Assembly: GCA_964016885.1 (NCBI GenBank)
Contig: OZ024740.1
Coordinates: 134,974,001 to 135,038,000, forward strand
From: Eledone cirrhosa
Lineage: Eukaryota
Direction: 5' to 3'
DNA: 64,000 nt
Part shown: positions 10,511-22,639 of the stretch, one piece after another
Numbering within the stretch: the stretch's first letter is position 1
Layout of the letters: each line of letters begins with the position of its first letter
Notes under the pieces: generated by a model
Seen by the model: the letters and a program-made list of their open reading frames with translations, nothing else
Told to the model about the DNA's origin: nothing
Databases searched by the model: none
Made by a program: the position numbers and the translations under genes

Positions 10511-13500
10511 GATTTTGTATCAGTACTGACGGTAATATATATATATATGTGTGTATATGTTTGTATGTGTGAGTGGTGTGTGTGTTTGTATGCATGAGTG
10601 TTGGTGTGCGAGTGGCTTGTGTGTTTGTAGTTTGTATGTCGATTTTGAGAATGTAAGCAAAATACTTGTCTTAGGGTGAGTCGACTGCGGAAATTTGGAA
10701 TGTCTATGACAATGTGAAAGATAAAGATAAATTCACCTCCCGCCACAGGACGAGAATACAAGGACCCCTCTTTATTTCAGACACGAATGACAAACAAAAT
10801 TCCGTCTCCCACACCCCTCCCTGCCCCTCCAACCCATCCATCCCACTCTCCCAACTTCAGAGTTAGTACCATGAACGTAAGCACATTGAAAGGTCGCTCA
10901 AATGAGGTTGTAGAGATGCTTGAATGTAAAGAAGTTGATGTTTGTTGAATTCAAGAGACTAGGTGGAGAGGGGGGGGGGGGTCTGCTAGATTCATCGTGG
11001 GTAAAAAACGATGCTATAAACTTTTCTGGGTGGGAAATGACAACGGACAGGGTGGTGTAGGAATTATGCTAGCTGAAAAATGGGTAGATAAGGTAATTGA
11101 CGTAAATAGAGTGAATGACAGAATAATTAAATTAAGACTAGTTCTAAATAGAACTACTGTGACAATAATATCCGCTTATGCACCCCAATCTGGTCTACCT
11201 GACATTATAAAGGACAGGTTCTATGAGATGCTAATGCACACTACCTCTCAAATAACCAACAGTGATTAATTATTGCTGGCGATCTAAACGATCATGTTGG
11301 ACAACATAGTGATGGCTATGATGGAATCTATGGAGGCTATGGGGCTGGAAATAGAAATGAGGAAGGCTTCAGAATCCTGGAATTCTGTGACGCAAGTAGC
11401 CTAACTATCTGTAACACAAACTTCAAAAAACGTGAAACCCACTTGATCACCTATAGATCAGGGGAACACGCCAACCAGATAGATTATATCCTTACTAGAA
11501 GACGGGACAAAGTGTCTGTTGTAAACACTCCAACATAGCCTAGTAGTTGGTGACCTCATAGTCAGAAATAGACGTACTCGACGACAGAGGAGACCTATAT
11601 AACAGGACACTGGGTTGTATGTACAATGTTTATTTAACAAGGTTGAGCTATGTAGAGCAGAATAGTTGACATGCCAAGAGAGATGAAAGGATGAATTAAA
11701 GTTAGTTGTTTACCGTTTTGAAGTCAGCGCACAAAAGACCAAGAGGTCTTTACATTACCATGTTCAGGTTGCCAGAGTATACCCTCGGCGGAACGCGCCT
11801 GGCCGAAGGGCCAGGCAGGTTAAAAGAGAGGGAGTTAGCTTTCGGCTCTCTCCTTTATAGTTCCCTCGGATGGAAGTTCCTAAGAAGGTTCTGCCACCTC
11901 AACGGGAAGTAACTCCAGCTACTTCCTGTCTAGAGAGCGCTACCGGTGATGTGATTGTTATAACAAGGGAGGCAACTCTTGCTACATTAACTCCCACCAG
12001 ATTTTTAAAACATAAAAATCGAATCAACCATGTATGAAGTAAGATGGCGAGCATGTAACACCAAAGTCCAGGCATGAAAATTACAAAAAAAAATAATGTT
12101 TGCAATAAAAGCAAAACAGCAAAATATAAGCATGCAAAAATCAATGATAGATATCAAGGTAGCCAACCGCTCTTGGCCAGAGAACGGCTGGACATCTATC
12201 ACACAAAGATACAATGTAATCAACCTAAAAGAAGAGGTCAAAGGAGCAAAGAAATGTGCTCGAACATAGTTATTAAAAAAAAAGGTTCAAATGTTCAAAA
12301 TACAGTTCATAGGTGACAGCAGGAAAGAAAGTATGTCCTCCAGAGAATGTATGCAGGTGGTTTCTGGACTGTGGTACAACGTGAAATTTTCTCACAGGAA
12401 GAGTGCTGCAAAAATAAATTCTCTGTTTTGTTCTGCTGGTTTTGGTTGTTGATAAAGCAAAGATGAAGCTGTGTTGTGGTCTCGTGGAGTGAGCCTATTC
12501 GATGTTTTCATTCACAGTAAAAAGTTTCCCAGAAAAAAATGAGTTGCGCAATGTGCTAGAAATAACAGCCAAAGTTGATGGTCGATGTTGATAACGCGTT
12601 GACTTGGAAGGGTCAAGAGGCCAGCGACCATAGAAATAATCATTCTGAATAAATGCGCAGTTTTCAACGGCAAATTTCTGTGGTAAATTTTTAAACCGGC
12701 AAATAAGAGAATATAGCTTAAGGCTGGAGAATCCTTGGCAAGAAACATTATCTATGGCGTGTGTTATCCCAGTGAGTCGAGATGTGTGCTCCCACACGTG
12801 CCGAAACAAGGTTAAAGTCAAGTTGAAAAAAAAAATTTTTTATTGCGCGAAAAAATGGCGCAAAAATGATAGTGCAACAGGTCGTTGGCAGCCATTTTGA
12901 AAAATTTGTGAGTGAACGTGATATGATGAAAAAGAAGGAAAGGCTATATTCACTTTGTATATGGCGAGAGTTCAATTTTTTTTTGAAAGTGATGAAAAAG
13001 TAGCGAAAAAGGCTTAGTTGAATGAGTAAGCGAGCTGTGATGTTCATCAAAATTGACATGTTGAATATAAGAATACAGGAGTCCAAGTCTTTTTGAGTGT
13101 TCATTGTGAGACGGACGAAGGATATATCCAGTGATTGAAGCACATTTAAACGATGTAAACACTTGAGGTGAAAGCAAAATTTGTTCTTGTTTGTTTGCTG
13201 CTGAGGAAAAGATTACTTATATTTTTCGTTGTAGACAAAATCCATGTGGAATGTTGTTAGAGGAATTTTTTCCTTTTGAAATACTGCTAATTAATTTTCT
13301 TTTTTTCATATTCACACAACACCAAATCCTATTATTTTTTTCTCGGGGTCACCAATTATAACAATACACTGGGTTGTATGTACAATGTTTATTTAACAAG
13401 ATTGAGCTATGTAGAGCAGAATAGTTGACATGCCAAGAGAGATGAAAGGATGAATTAAAGTTGTTTACCGTTTTGAAGTCAGCGCGCAAGAGACCAAGAG

Positions 13501-16392
13501 GTCTTTACATTACCATGTTCAGGTTGCCAGAGAGTATACCCTCGGCGGAACGCGCCTGGCCGAAGGGCCAGGCAGGTTAAAAAAGAGGGAGTTAGCTTTC
13601 GGCTCTCTCCTTTATAGTTCCCTCGGACGGAAGTTCCTAAGAAGGTTCTGCCACCTCAACGGGAAGTAACTCCAGCTACTTCCTGTCTAGAGAGCGCTAC
13701 TGGTGATGTGATCGTCATAACAAGGGAGGCAACTCTTGCTACACCTACCCTCGAGGAGAAGAATATGGAAGTTGAAGGATCCCATAGCCAGTGACAAATA
13801 TAAAAGCTTATTACTTGATGCCTTTGACAATAAGGAGGAGCAATTAGATATGTGCGATATAGAGGAACAGTGGCAATTCTTGAAAGTGAACCTGCTGAAA
13901 GCAACGGATGAAATATGTGGCTGGGGCAGACTTATTGGCAGGAGGAGAATAACTTGGTAGTGGAACAGTAGGGCAGAAGAGACAATCAAGGCCAAAAAGC
14001 AGGCTTGGAAAGTATGGCAGGATGGAGGAAGTAGAGAACACTATCAAGTGGCCAGGAGAGAAGCTAGGAGACAAGTGTACCTTGCAAAAAGGGAAGCAGA
14101 GAATAGAAAGTTCAAGCATGTTCTACAACGTGAGGACCAAAAACATGAGGTTTTCAGGATTGCTAGACAATGTGTCAAGGAAAACCATGATATTGTTGGG
14201 GAGAAGTGTGTCCGTAATGATAACGGTGTACTTGCTCTCACTGATACTGATAAGAAGATAGCCTGGAAGTGTCACTATGAGAGACTATTAAATGAGAAAG
14301 AGATAGTCTGCCCCAAATCGATCCAATAGAAGGACCAGCAGTGCAAGTTAAAAGTAGTATAATAAGTAAGGCAATCAAAGATATGAAGACAGGCAAGGCA
14401 GCTGGGCCTTCGGAGATAGTTGCTGAGATGTTGAAGGCATCTGGTATGGTGGAACACACTATGGTCACCCGTATAGTTAACCAAGTCATACAGAATGGAG
14501 TCATACCGAAAGACTGGCGTAGCATCATCATCATTAACTGCTACAAGGGTAAAGGGGATGCTCTAGAGGCATTAAGTTAGTTGACCAGGTCATGAAGGTC
14601 ACAGAAAGAGTTATAGCGCAACTAATCAGAAAGCGAATTGATCTAGATGAAATGCAGTCTGGGTTTGTGTCAGGTAAAAGTACCACAGACGCTCTTTTCC
14701 TTGTACGACAACTACAGGAGAAGTACCTAGCTAAAAGTAAACCCCTATACTTAGCTTTTGTAGACCTGGAGAAAGCTTTTGACAGAGTCCCCCGCTCCAT
14801 TATATGGTGGGCTCTGAGAAAACTAGGTGTAGATGAATGGCTTGTAGGAGCTATACAAGCCATGTATAATGAAACAGCCAGTAAGGTTAGAATTAACAAT
14901 GAATATTGTGAAGAATTTGGTGTAAAAGTTGGCGTTCATCAAGGCTCGGTCCTTAGCCCCCTCCTATTTATTATTGCCCTTCAGGCTATAACAGAGGAGT
15001 TCAAGACCAGCTGCCCATGGGAACTCTTATACGCAGATGATCTAACGCTCATAGCTGAATCAATGGCTGAACTAGAGAACAAATTCCAAACATGGAAACA
15101 TGGCCTAGAATCAAAAGGCCTTAAAGTTAACTTGTCTAAGACTAAAGTTCTAGTTTGTAGAAAGGAAAATAGGGTACAGGTGCCCTCAGGGAAATGGCCA
15201 TGCTCAGTGTGTAGGAAAGGAGTAGGCAGAAATTCCATTTTATGTCCCAAATGCAAAGTATGGGTACATAAAAGATGTAGTGGGATCACAGGTAAACTAT
15301 CTAAGAACGTAGACTTTATATGTGGCCAATGCTCAGGTGAAATATGTAGCAGGTGTCCACAGGATACTAGCTCCTTCTATTGCCCAGATGGTTCTATAGA
15401 AATAGTAGACACTTTCCGTTACCTGGGTGACGAAATCAGCAGTCGTAAAGGGTGTTCTGAAAGTACGGTAGCTAGAGTCAGAACGGGATGGAAAAAGTTC
15501 AGAGAGCTTATACTGCTGTTGGTGACAAAAGGTTTCTCTCTAAAAATGAAAGGCAGATGGTATGATGCCTGTACACGAACAGCAATGCTACATGGCAGTG
15601 AGACATGGGCATTGTGTGCAGAGGACCTGCGCAGACTGGAAAGGAACGAAGCATGCATGCTCCGTTGGATGCGTAATAGTAATATACGTGAACGGCAAAG
15701 CATAAATGAACTAAGTGAGAAATTAGGAATAAGAGGGATCAGATGCTGTTTACTTGAGAGAAGACTACATTGGTATGGTCACGTGACGCGCATGAAAGAC
15801 GACAGCTGCATAAAATAGTGCAGGGTGATCAAAATTGTTGGTAGTTACGGAGTAGGTAGACCCAGAAAAACCTGGTACAATCTGATAAATTCCGACCTTA
15901 CACACTTGCACCTCTCTAAGACAATGTCACTGGAACGAGATCTTTGGCGCTACGCAGTAATACAGAAGACCCGCCTTGCCCATGTACAAAGCGAAACTTA
16001 CAGTCAGTAGGCACCTCTTAACCAAATATACACCCCAATCCACCCACTCCCACCAACACCACCCGCTCTCTGTAAAGTTGGTACCACAACATCCAGTCCA
16101 AATAAATGAGATAATGAGATCGAGATCGTGTAGGTGTCACGACAAAAAAAAAAAAAAAAAAAAACTCAGTCCACGCTGTAATGTGGTTGTGTAGGTAACA
16201 CAGTAAAAAGTTCCCAGTTCGACACTGTAAATGTGGTTGGTGTTTGGAAGGGCATCCAGCCGTAGAAAGCTTGCCAGATAGTCCTATACGAGCGAGACAC
16301 GGTCACCCGACCAACCTTGCCTCAAGTGGCACAACTCCCGTCTAACCCATGCTAGTGTGGAAGATGGACGTTAAACGATGATGTTGATGGTG
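10511..16392 (+). mobile_element. Full-length but disrupted RTE LINE, interrupted by an LTR element
   Basis: APE motifs (MNVSTLKG, SAYAPQ, QIDY) at ~10860-11560; coding resumes at 13744. RT (YADD) and PHD-type finger in ORF 14592-15818; multiple stops and frameshifts; Meta-containing 3' UTR and (GAT)n tail. Confidence 0.88.
11598..13743 (-). mobile_element. Non-autonomous LTR retroelement (2.1 kb) inserted in RTE
   Basis: Highly similar LTRs at 11598-11986 and 13357-13743; 4-bp TSD CCTA at 11594-11597 and 13744-13747. PBS TGGTGACCCCGA (tRNA-Trp type) within 13341-13354; PPT-like TGGTGGGAG next to 11987. No recognisable gag/pol. Confidence 0.88.
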
Positions 16393-16637
16393 ATATATAT
16401 GTACAGAGAGAGAGAAATTGAGAGATGTGAAAAGTAAATGAATAAGCAACACAAGGAAACAATACAGTATAGAGAAGTTATATATTGGGTAAATGCTTGA
16501 TATAGTAAGAAAAGTGTCTTAACGTTTTTGATGTTAGTCTTTCATCAGAAGATAGAATGAGAAAAAAGAAGAAATTGACAGATATATGAGAGTAAGAAAA
16601 AGGTTTTTGAAGAGAAAGCAGCATTTCTGTGTTTGTC

Positions 16638-16650
<13 letters not shown>

Positions 16651-16719
<69 letters not shown>
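16651..16719. repeat. (CA)n microsatellite
   Basis: Pure CA run. Confidence 0.95.
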
Positions 16720-16721
<2 letters not shown>

Positions 16722-16894
16722 GATTTCGAGTAATGCCATCGATTGATACTTAAGCATGAGCATCATAAATGTGGCTTTTTAGTCCTGCTAGGGACTTGCT
16801 TATGGCTAGCAATACCATGCATCGCCCCTTGACGGGTTTTGTTATTCATCTCGCAGGGTGTCCAAATTCACCCTCCTCACCAATATATATATCA

Positions 16895-16935
<41 letters not shown>

Positions 16936-17191
16936 GTTAGAAAAAGCTATCTCACTTACCGCTTTTCATAGGCGCCGCTAAATTCCACTGCTGGCCTCTC
17001 CTCTTCCACGTGCGTCCAACTGCTTAACACCGGGAGCTGCCAAAAGCCGCGTCCACACCGTTGCTGGTCACCACTAGAGAGGCCCTCTGCTGGCCCTTCC
17101 GGTCGAGCATCCTTCCGGCCAAGCACCCTTCCAGCCACTGCACGCCTCACCATACCCACACGCCCCCCTGATCTCAAGGATCAATTTCCCC

Positions 17192-19870
17192 CTAGTCCTT
17201 CTGCATATGAAAGTCTGCTGTCCAGGTTGGTGGTTTACGACTTCTTTGCGATCTCCGCAGTATTGGGGCAGCAATTTGGGTTTCCTCTTCCTCGGAGTCC
17301 GTTGACACAGTGATTCTCCGGACATCCAGGACATGACGTGGTACTCCGTCCACGGACACATTGTTCTGGGAATTTACGGTCGTCACCGTTCCCCTTCCCC
17401 ATTGAAATGTGCAACGTGCATCTGGGGGCTTAACCCAGACTTCTTCGCCCACCTGCACGAATGCACTCTCTCTCCCCACTGGCCGTTGTGGTGGTGTGCA
17501 CAGGTGCCGCCACTCGTATCTGAATACTGCTCTGTGTGGCACCGAGCGGACATGTTGTACCAGAACACTGCCTCCATTGGTGAGATATGGCCCCGCTCCG
17601 CCATTGCCTTGATCGTCCGGTGGTGTCGCTCCACAATTCCATTACCGCTCGGCCTGTGCGCTGCTCTGAAGAAACGGTCCACCTTCCATCCATCGAGCAT
17701 CTCCCTCAGCGCCTCCGAGCGGAACGCTGCGCTGTTGTCCATCAGCAGTTCGTCCACAGGGCCCCGCTCCAAGAACACCTCTCTCAACGTCCGCATAATT
17801 TCCTCGGCCGTTCCAGTCTTCATCTCCCTCCATATCGCCATCCATCCTGGTCCACAGTCGACCATCGAGAGGTACGTTCCCTGTCGGTAGTGCGCTACAT
17901 CCACCGCCAATCGCTTCCAGTCGCGATCCACCGGGAGGCTTCCCGTTTCGTGTACACCCAGGGCGGGATCAATGGACTGACATCGGACGCAGCCTCTAAC
18001 CACCCTTTGAACACTGTGTCTGTTAACGTCCGAGTCGAATTCTCCTGGCTAGGAACAGGCTCCTATCCACTCCCATGTGGTGCATGTCATGCAACTCTTT
18101 CAGATCCGACTCGGTCAGCCGACACACGGCAGCTATCTCATCTTCTACCTCCTCCGGCGCTTCCATCCAGGCTTTCTTCACCCTAGTTAAGATGTCCGCC
18201 CTATTTTTCTCTGAGGGTATGAAAACTACGCTCAGCCTCAGGTCGAACTCGGTGGCCAGCTCTCCTAAAGTTTCCAGGCGGCGCTTTATCAGCATCTCCG
18301 CCGCCCCTCTCGTTCGCATTCTCTTCTCACTGGTGAGCACTGATCTCACCCATCCGAGTACAGTAGCCGAGTCGGTGCGTATCTCGATGGTGCGCAGTCC
18401 CCACCTCAGGGCGAGGTTCACCCCTCTCAACACTGCGTCCAGTTCGGCCACACTGATGTGGTTGCAGTCGTCCTTCTTCCTAAGCCAGGCTGCGTCCTCG
18501 ACCTCAACACCTATCTCCAACATGACACCCAGCGCTATGCTGCTGGCATCGCACCATACGGTCCCACTCTGTGATTTGGGAACATACCAGTATCCCCGCA
18601 CTGGGTTGTCGGCCTTCACCCTCCCCACAATCTCCTGCATTATGGCCACCGTCCACTCTCCCACTCCTCCCGCTCGTCTCTTGACATAGCTGCATGCCGT
18701 CCGGAGCCACCCAGCAATCGGGTAGTGACCCACCAACTTTCCACACACCGAGAAAAGCTCCCGCCTACTCATACTTGGGCCCAGTTCTGAAACTTCATTT
18801 CCCTTCTGGAATACCAAGACGCCCGTCCTGTCTTGCCGTAGCCTAAGTCCCAGCGCAGCTCCTCCCTCCAACGTTTCTCACGGCTTCACAGCCAGTCCAT
18901 CCCCCTGTAAATGGCTCGTGACCTCCGCCGCCGACACCACAGACTCATCCAATAGGATGTCGTCAATATAGGAGTTAGTGGCCCTTTTCATCTTGTCGGC
19001 CTTTCCCAGAATGGTCTTGAGGACCGCCGCCATGATCTTCGGTGCGGAGCTCAGCCCGAAACCGATGTCCGGCCCTTATACCTGACCAGCTGATACTGCC
19101 AGAGCTTCTCATCTATATGCAATTGCAAGTATGCCGACTTTAGATCTACGATTGCTGAAACCCCCGTCATGCGTCTCCACTCACGCAGGGTTTCCCCACA
19201 GACATCCGTGACTTCGCCACCTGTGTGGCATGACACGTGCTCGTTCAGCTCCCGAAAGTCCAGCACCGGCCTCACCTTGTTCTTCGTGGGTTGCGTCACC
19301 GCCATTAACGGCAATACTCCGCACTTCACCTCCTCTTTCCAGGGAAGCAGTATGCCCTCCTCAATCCATCTCTCTACCTCTCGCTCCTAATGTTTCCCTT
19401 CAATGTGTGGTGATAGCAGCCCACTTTGGTCTTCAGTGTTGGTGGTTCTCCCTTCCAGTACCACTCAACAACCCATCGCTGCCCATCGAACACGGCCTTG
19501 AAGTCTTTGTCCTGCACAGTGTAAGCGGCGTAGTTCTCCTCGTGGGCCTTCTGGTTCTGTCGCGCACTCACAGCGCATACCGATGCAGCGGCGCCAAACG
19601 ACACATCGACGTTGTTCACTGTGACGCCTCCTAGACGGCCAATTGCGTCCATGCCCATAACCACGCCGATCCCATCCACCACGCTGTCCACTACGATGGC
19701 AGAAAGCCTTATTTTCCTTCCCCGTACGGCTATTTCCATCTCGCTGCGACCTCGGCATTCAATTTTCCTGCCGTCGACTGCCCCTTACGCTGCTCTTCCC
19801 TCTCCACCTCTGCGCCACCCCCGTGGTCACCAGTGTCGTTGTACAGCCCGTGTCCACGAGGGCTCGCTGT
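17192..19870 (-). pseudogene. pol: pol (protease, RT, RNase H, integrase) in several frames
   Basis: Protease LVDTGCTTTL at ~19860; RT VRPVLDFRELN, VDLKSAY and YIDD (18959-18970); RNase H WCDASS..ELDAV..TDS..NRADILTR; integrase HH..C..C, LAVD, MDNSAAF, GNGIVER. Confidence 0.85.
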
Positions 19871-20644
19871 GGCTTTCCCCTCACGAAGACTTCCACCACG
19901 GGCAACTACCGGCGCAGTAGTTCCCCTTGGATCGTTTCCCTGGTCGCAGTTAATAGCGATGTAGCCTGGTCGCTTACACCGGTAGCATAATATTTCCGGC
20001 CTTGACTCTCTGCAGTCTCTAGCCATGTGCGGGCCCTGGCACCGAAAACAGCGACCTCTAAACGTTCGCGGGCGACCGCGTGCTGTGGTTGCCTCCCTTT
20101 CACCATTTCGCTGCCAGTTGTCTTGAGCCTCTGTAGTTGCTATCGCCGCAACACTCTTTTTGGCATCTTCTGCTATGATCCGGGCTTGTTCCACCAGTGA
20201 ACGCATTTCCATTTCTTTGTAACCCGGGACTTGCTGCAGTTTCACCGCTATGTCGTCTGGAAATCCATTTATGAACGCCAACCGCACCGTGCGTTCGCAT
20301 TCCACCTGATATCCAGCCAACATAGCCAATCGCCGTATTTCCGCTGCGAAAATGTCAACACGTTCACCGTTCCATCTAATTCTTTCCAGCTTAGCGAAAG
20401 CGGCTAACGGTCCTTCTGCAAATGCTTCTATCATGCACCTCAATCTTTTGCGCATCTCTTTGGCTGTGTTCGTCCAACTCAAGGAAAAGTACCAACGCGT
20501 CCCCTCGAGGTACAGTGCCATGAGGCCAGCCACATCTATCTTCTGCAAGCTTGCGACCAGCTGGACTTTTCGCAGCCAAGCGACAACATCACCTTCCCCG
20601 GTAAATGCCCTGATAGCTTCGCTTGTTCGTAGTCTTGTCGCCAT
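19730..20644 (-). pseudogene. gag: gag-like ORF of the LTR element
   Basis: Two zinc-knuckle motifs, CFRCQGPHMARDC and CYRCKRPGYIAINC, at the end of a capsid-like region. Confidence 0.8.
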
Positions 20645-21097
20645 CTTCTAATTTGTCTTGCGGTACGTGATAAAAAAAAACAACAGACTCCTCTCTGTTT
20701 TTCCAGTAGCTTTTTTTTTTTTTTTTTTTTTTGTAAATCAGATCTGTTTCCAGTGCCGAAATAGCTTGTGGTTAGAAAAAGCTATCTCACTTACCACTTT
20801 TCATAGGCGTCCAACTGCTTAACACCGGGAGCTGCCAAAAGTCGCGTCCACACCGTTGCTGGTCACCACTAGAGAGGCCCTCTGCTGGCCCTTCCGGTCG
20901 AGCATCCTTCCGGCCAAGCACCCTTCCGGTCGAGCCCCCCCCCCCCGCTTCCGGCCACCGCACGCCACACCATACCCACATATATCACAAAAATGCAAAT
21001 TCATAATTAAATATATAACATTTACTGCACATAAATACATACACACACAGGGGGCATTGACAAATTATAAAGAAAGATTATATATTAACTATAAACA

Positions 21098-21217
21098 TAA
21101 TTGTTTCTACTTTTGGCACAAGGCCAGCAATTATTCAGTGTATTACTGGTACTTTATTTTATCGACTTCGTAAGGATGAAAGATAAAGTTAACCTCGGCG
21201 GGATTTGAACTCAGAAT
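21098..21217 (-). mobile_element. Nin/Deu-like SINE, 5'-truncated
   Basis: Same core and tail as 3288-3475. Confidence 0.7.
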
Positions 21218-22639
21218 GGCTATAAACATAATATGAAATAGTCTTACCATGTAATTCAGTAGATGTAATACTTCAGCTAAAATGTTTCTTAACTGCTTCA
21301 GGCACAACAAAACGAAGTTTTATGTACAAATTGTTAATGATTAAGAAGTGGGCGCATGATTTATGTGAAAGAATGTGAGAAAAAGTCTACAGAGCTAAAA
21401 GTTCTGACAAGGGAAAAGTTTCCTAGTTGGATGGATAACTGGCTATTAGAATCCTTCGAAATAATTGATAGAGATCATATTGCATTAATGTTGTTTACGT
21501 TCATGCAAACATTGTTAATTTTACCCTCTCTACCTCAGTTACCCCATCTCTTTCTTTCTCCCTCTCTATATATATGTATATATAATGTGTGTGTGTGTGC
21601 GTCTTTCTTTATTCTCGATTTTTTTTCTTTCAGTTTTTCTATCTCGTAATCTACTACAGACTATGACGCCAAACTGGTATTTGTCCTCCTTTAGTTTTCC
21701 TTCAATCTTTCTCCCTCTCTCTAGTCATAACAATGGTATTATATTATGCATCATCATCATGACTTCTATTTCTCTTTTAACACAATAGGTGAATATCTAT
21801 GAGGAAGAGAGTGAGTGAGAAAAAGGAAATAAAGAAAAAACAAATAGCGAGAAATTAAAAGTTTTGTTCAGAAACACACAAACACACACACATTATATAT
21901 ATATATACACCTAAAATACACGATGCATATTATTATTATTTGGATTATTGTTTTTTTTTTTAGAATACATAATATTTAGGGTTGGGCGCCAAACAAAGAG
22001 CCAGGAAGACCCTTCAGTTGTATCAATGACATAACAACCTCCCTAGTATTTCGTAACCTACATGATAAACACACCCAGTTGGTGATAGGAAGGCCATCCA
22101 ACTACAGAAAGCTTGTCAAACAGAGGACTGGGAGGACTCCTCAGTCATGTCAGGGACATGACAGTCTCCCTAGTGTTGGTGACCTACATGATAAACAGAC
22201 CCAGTACATGCTGTAAAGTGGTTGGTGATAGGAAAGGCATCCAGCCATAGAAAGCTTTCCAAACAAAAGTATAGTTAATACGAAGCATTGTGAGATATGT
22301 AATAAATGACTGATAAGTTTCAGAAAACCAGTACGATGTGGTAGAAATATATAAAAGGCAAAGGATGACAAATAAAACAAAACAAATTAATGTTTTACTC
22401 GGTATATTTCAACATGATATTTCAGGGTTATTACCCTCTTTTTAAATGTTAAACAAAAATGGTTAAAAAAAAAAAAAAAATGCAACGTTCATTTATTTCA
22501 GAAATTTATTGAATGTAATATTTTTTTGTGCTTTTTGGAATGGCTAAAATGACTTCAGTTTCAACACATGGTCTCAAAGAAAGTAATTTACATAACAAGA
22601 AAGCTTTAAGCCCCTTTTAGAAGTGTATCCTGTCTGTGT

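Larger units (their letters stand above)
16932..20980 (-). mobile_element. Compact LTR retrotransposon (gag-PR-RT-RH-IN order, Ty3/Gypsy-like), frameshifted
   Basis: LTRs at 16932-17160 and 20767-20980 (minus strand TGTGGG...CCACA); PPT AGGGGGGCG adjacent to 17161; inserted in (TA)n. Confidence 0.9.

Noticed and set aside
16478-16719. ORFs MCVCVCV... and similar Cys/Val, His/Thr or Tyr/Ile-rich ORFs (24532-24973, 45896-46279, 47264-47583, 49063-49496)
   Set aside because: Translations of (CA)n, (TA)n and trinucleotide repeats.
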